This document shows, in pieces, positions 62,186 to 64,000 of a stretch of DNA of 64,000 nucleotides. Each line of letters opens with the position of its first letter. The first letter of the stretch is position 1. The stretch covers positions 5,382,577-5,446,576 of the forward strand of contig NC_068987.1 of assembly GCF_001194135.2 (NCBI RefSeq), given 5' to 3'. Both the position numbers and the translations under genes were made by a program. The stretch is from Octopus bimaculoides (taxonomy: Eukaryota). A model generated the notes under the pieces. That model had not been told where the DNA came from and made no database searches. It saw nothing but the letters and a program-made list of their open reading frames with translations.

Positions 62186-62622
62186 CATGCATATGATCGC
62201 TGTGGTGTTCCGTTACAAGAGAACTACTCATTTAAGACGAATATGTGTTCATAACACACTCAATTCCTGAGCGCAAAAAACTCTGGGACTGCCGGTGTTT
62301 CGTCATCGTTGTGTCTCGTCAGTCAAAGACACCCCACTCTAATGAGCCTCACAAAATGTTAAAGCTCTTGCTTATAATTTCAGCGAACAAAACGTTTACT
62401 GATCCTGCTGACACCTATCAGCCAATAATAAATCGCCAAATGCACGGTGAACAGCGAGATTTACAACGATGGGTTCCATATTGGTTCTTAATACGTTCTG
62501 GTAAATTGGAAACTGGCCAAGCATAACCGTGATTAGCACATTTATGTTCGAATCTGCTGGAATGCATTAAAAATGAATATGCCTAGGTCTCCACGAAATA
62601 TCACATGTACTAGAACACATAC

Positions 62623-62695
62623 TTTCCAAGATAAGGAAATAAAGTAGAACGAAAATATATGCACGGGTGTAGGTTTTTAGTTGAATTTGTTTCAG
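62623..62695 (-). CDS. Candidate upstream exon supplying the hydrophobic signal segment of the IgGFc-like protein
   Basis: taacag| and A|gtatgt; phase 0-1; LKQIQLKTYTRAYIFVLLYFLILE joins to TLLLIATG-DVC. No in-frame ATG, so a further exon is needed. Confidence 0.35.
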
Positions 62696-64000
62696 CTGTT
62701 ACGGTTACGGCCAAAAACAAAGCTATAAATACAAGGAGATTTTATCTTTGAATCATTCGAAGCAATCAGGAAACTATCGTGAAAAAAAAAAAGAAAAAAA
62801 CACCACCATCAAAGAGGAAAAAAAAAACTGCATGTAAAAAGGCTAAATTTCGCTATGAATTTGGAAGTCATCCAATCAATAGCTTTTTTTGGTTAAGAAC
62901 ATCTGAACTTGATAGGTATGTTAATGGATTTGACCGGTAGCTATGTGAAACACATCAACACGTTAAAACTGACGAAAGAAAAGAAAAAAGAATACTAAAA
63001 TATTAAGAGTTAATAATTGTTTATTCAATGTGACGAGAACTTTCAGATTTAAGAGTGAGTGGGGAAATGATAGTATTTTGCGTGCTCGCTTTTCCCACAA
63101 CTAGAGACGAAAGGGAAATGAAATTATCACAACCGATAATCCCAAACAGGTCGCGTTTTCTGTTTATGAGAAGAATATTTGCTCTTAACTGCGTGTGCTA
63201 AGAACCATGATAAAAGTTATTTCCATGATTTTTTAATGGATATTTGAAAAGAAAAAAAACCCCCGAATGTCATGTAGCCAATTTCCATCAGTGGTGCATA
63301 AATAAGAATGTAGTGTCCTTATAAGTATTATGTACGGAAGCTTATTTTTTTTTCAGGGTGAGGAAAATATTTTATCGATACGATGTAATACCTGAATCGA
63401 ATTCATGATCCAGAAATTAGGATTGATATCGTGAAGTCACCAATAACGTTTTCTTTTTAGAGCAAATGCTTGAAGAAATAAGAAGAACAGGATATTGAAA
63501 TGTTCGTACTTACAAGATCAGAAGCAAGTAATTTGTTATAATAATATTTTCAATAGTAAACAATACGATAATAAACAAGTTTTCGTTAGCCATGGAGTTG
63601 GCTTACTCATAGGTTCTTTGCGATGCTGTATCGCAAGATGAGGGACTCTCAATGTGGTCACTTGGCCTGTTAGAAAGCGCAGCCAAACTTCCGCAAATCA
63701 AACGCTTACTGTTTAAAAGAAAGGAAAGGATACATTCGATTATCTAGTCCCAAGCACTCTTAAAAAGATGGGATTGCCAAGGCTGGAATGCTTGCGATCA
63801 TATGTTCCGCTTCGTCAGAGCTGATCTGGGGCTAAACAACACAGCACTTGAATTCATATATCAAAGACAAAACTAGTGTAAAGGGGAAGTGTATTAGAAG
63901 CAGAGAATAATTGACTGAACACGGTTTCGTCCTCAATATATCATGTAGATAGACTGAAAAGCATTCATCAGTAAGCTACACAGACACCCGAGGATACCCC

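Overview
Eukaryotic draft-genome sequence with many N gaps. It is AT-rich and dense in microsatellites and tRNA-derived SINEs; the repeat landscape is typical of an octopus (cephalopod) genome, which is an inference. No CRISPR, rRNA or true tRNA gene is supported. Four genes were reconstructed by hand from splice phases. (1) An intronless POLR3F/RPC34 (+, 6653-7603). (2) A 7-coding-exon FAM199X homolog (+, about 14120-27332). (3) A 6-exon MED18 (-, 33690-28525), of which only exon 1 shows in the ORF track; it is convergent with FAM199X. (4) A single-pass membrane protein whose visible ectodomain is an IgGFc-binding (FCGBP N-terminal)-like domain (-, exons 56345-56854 and 46901-47796, 5' end unresolved). 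The rest is SINEs, RTE LINE fragments, a Penelope GIY-YIG remnant, decayed hAT sequence, a Helentron-type element carrying a Gypsy integrase fragment, minisatellites and about ten long fold-back inverted repeats. I cannot demonstrate a new biological system. The best leads are the intronless Pol III subunit behind an inverted SINE hairpin, a predicted ET-like fold in FAM199X, the FCGBP-domain-only receptor, orphan exon-like segments, and the density of potential dsRNA fold-backs.
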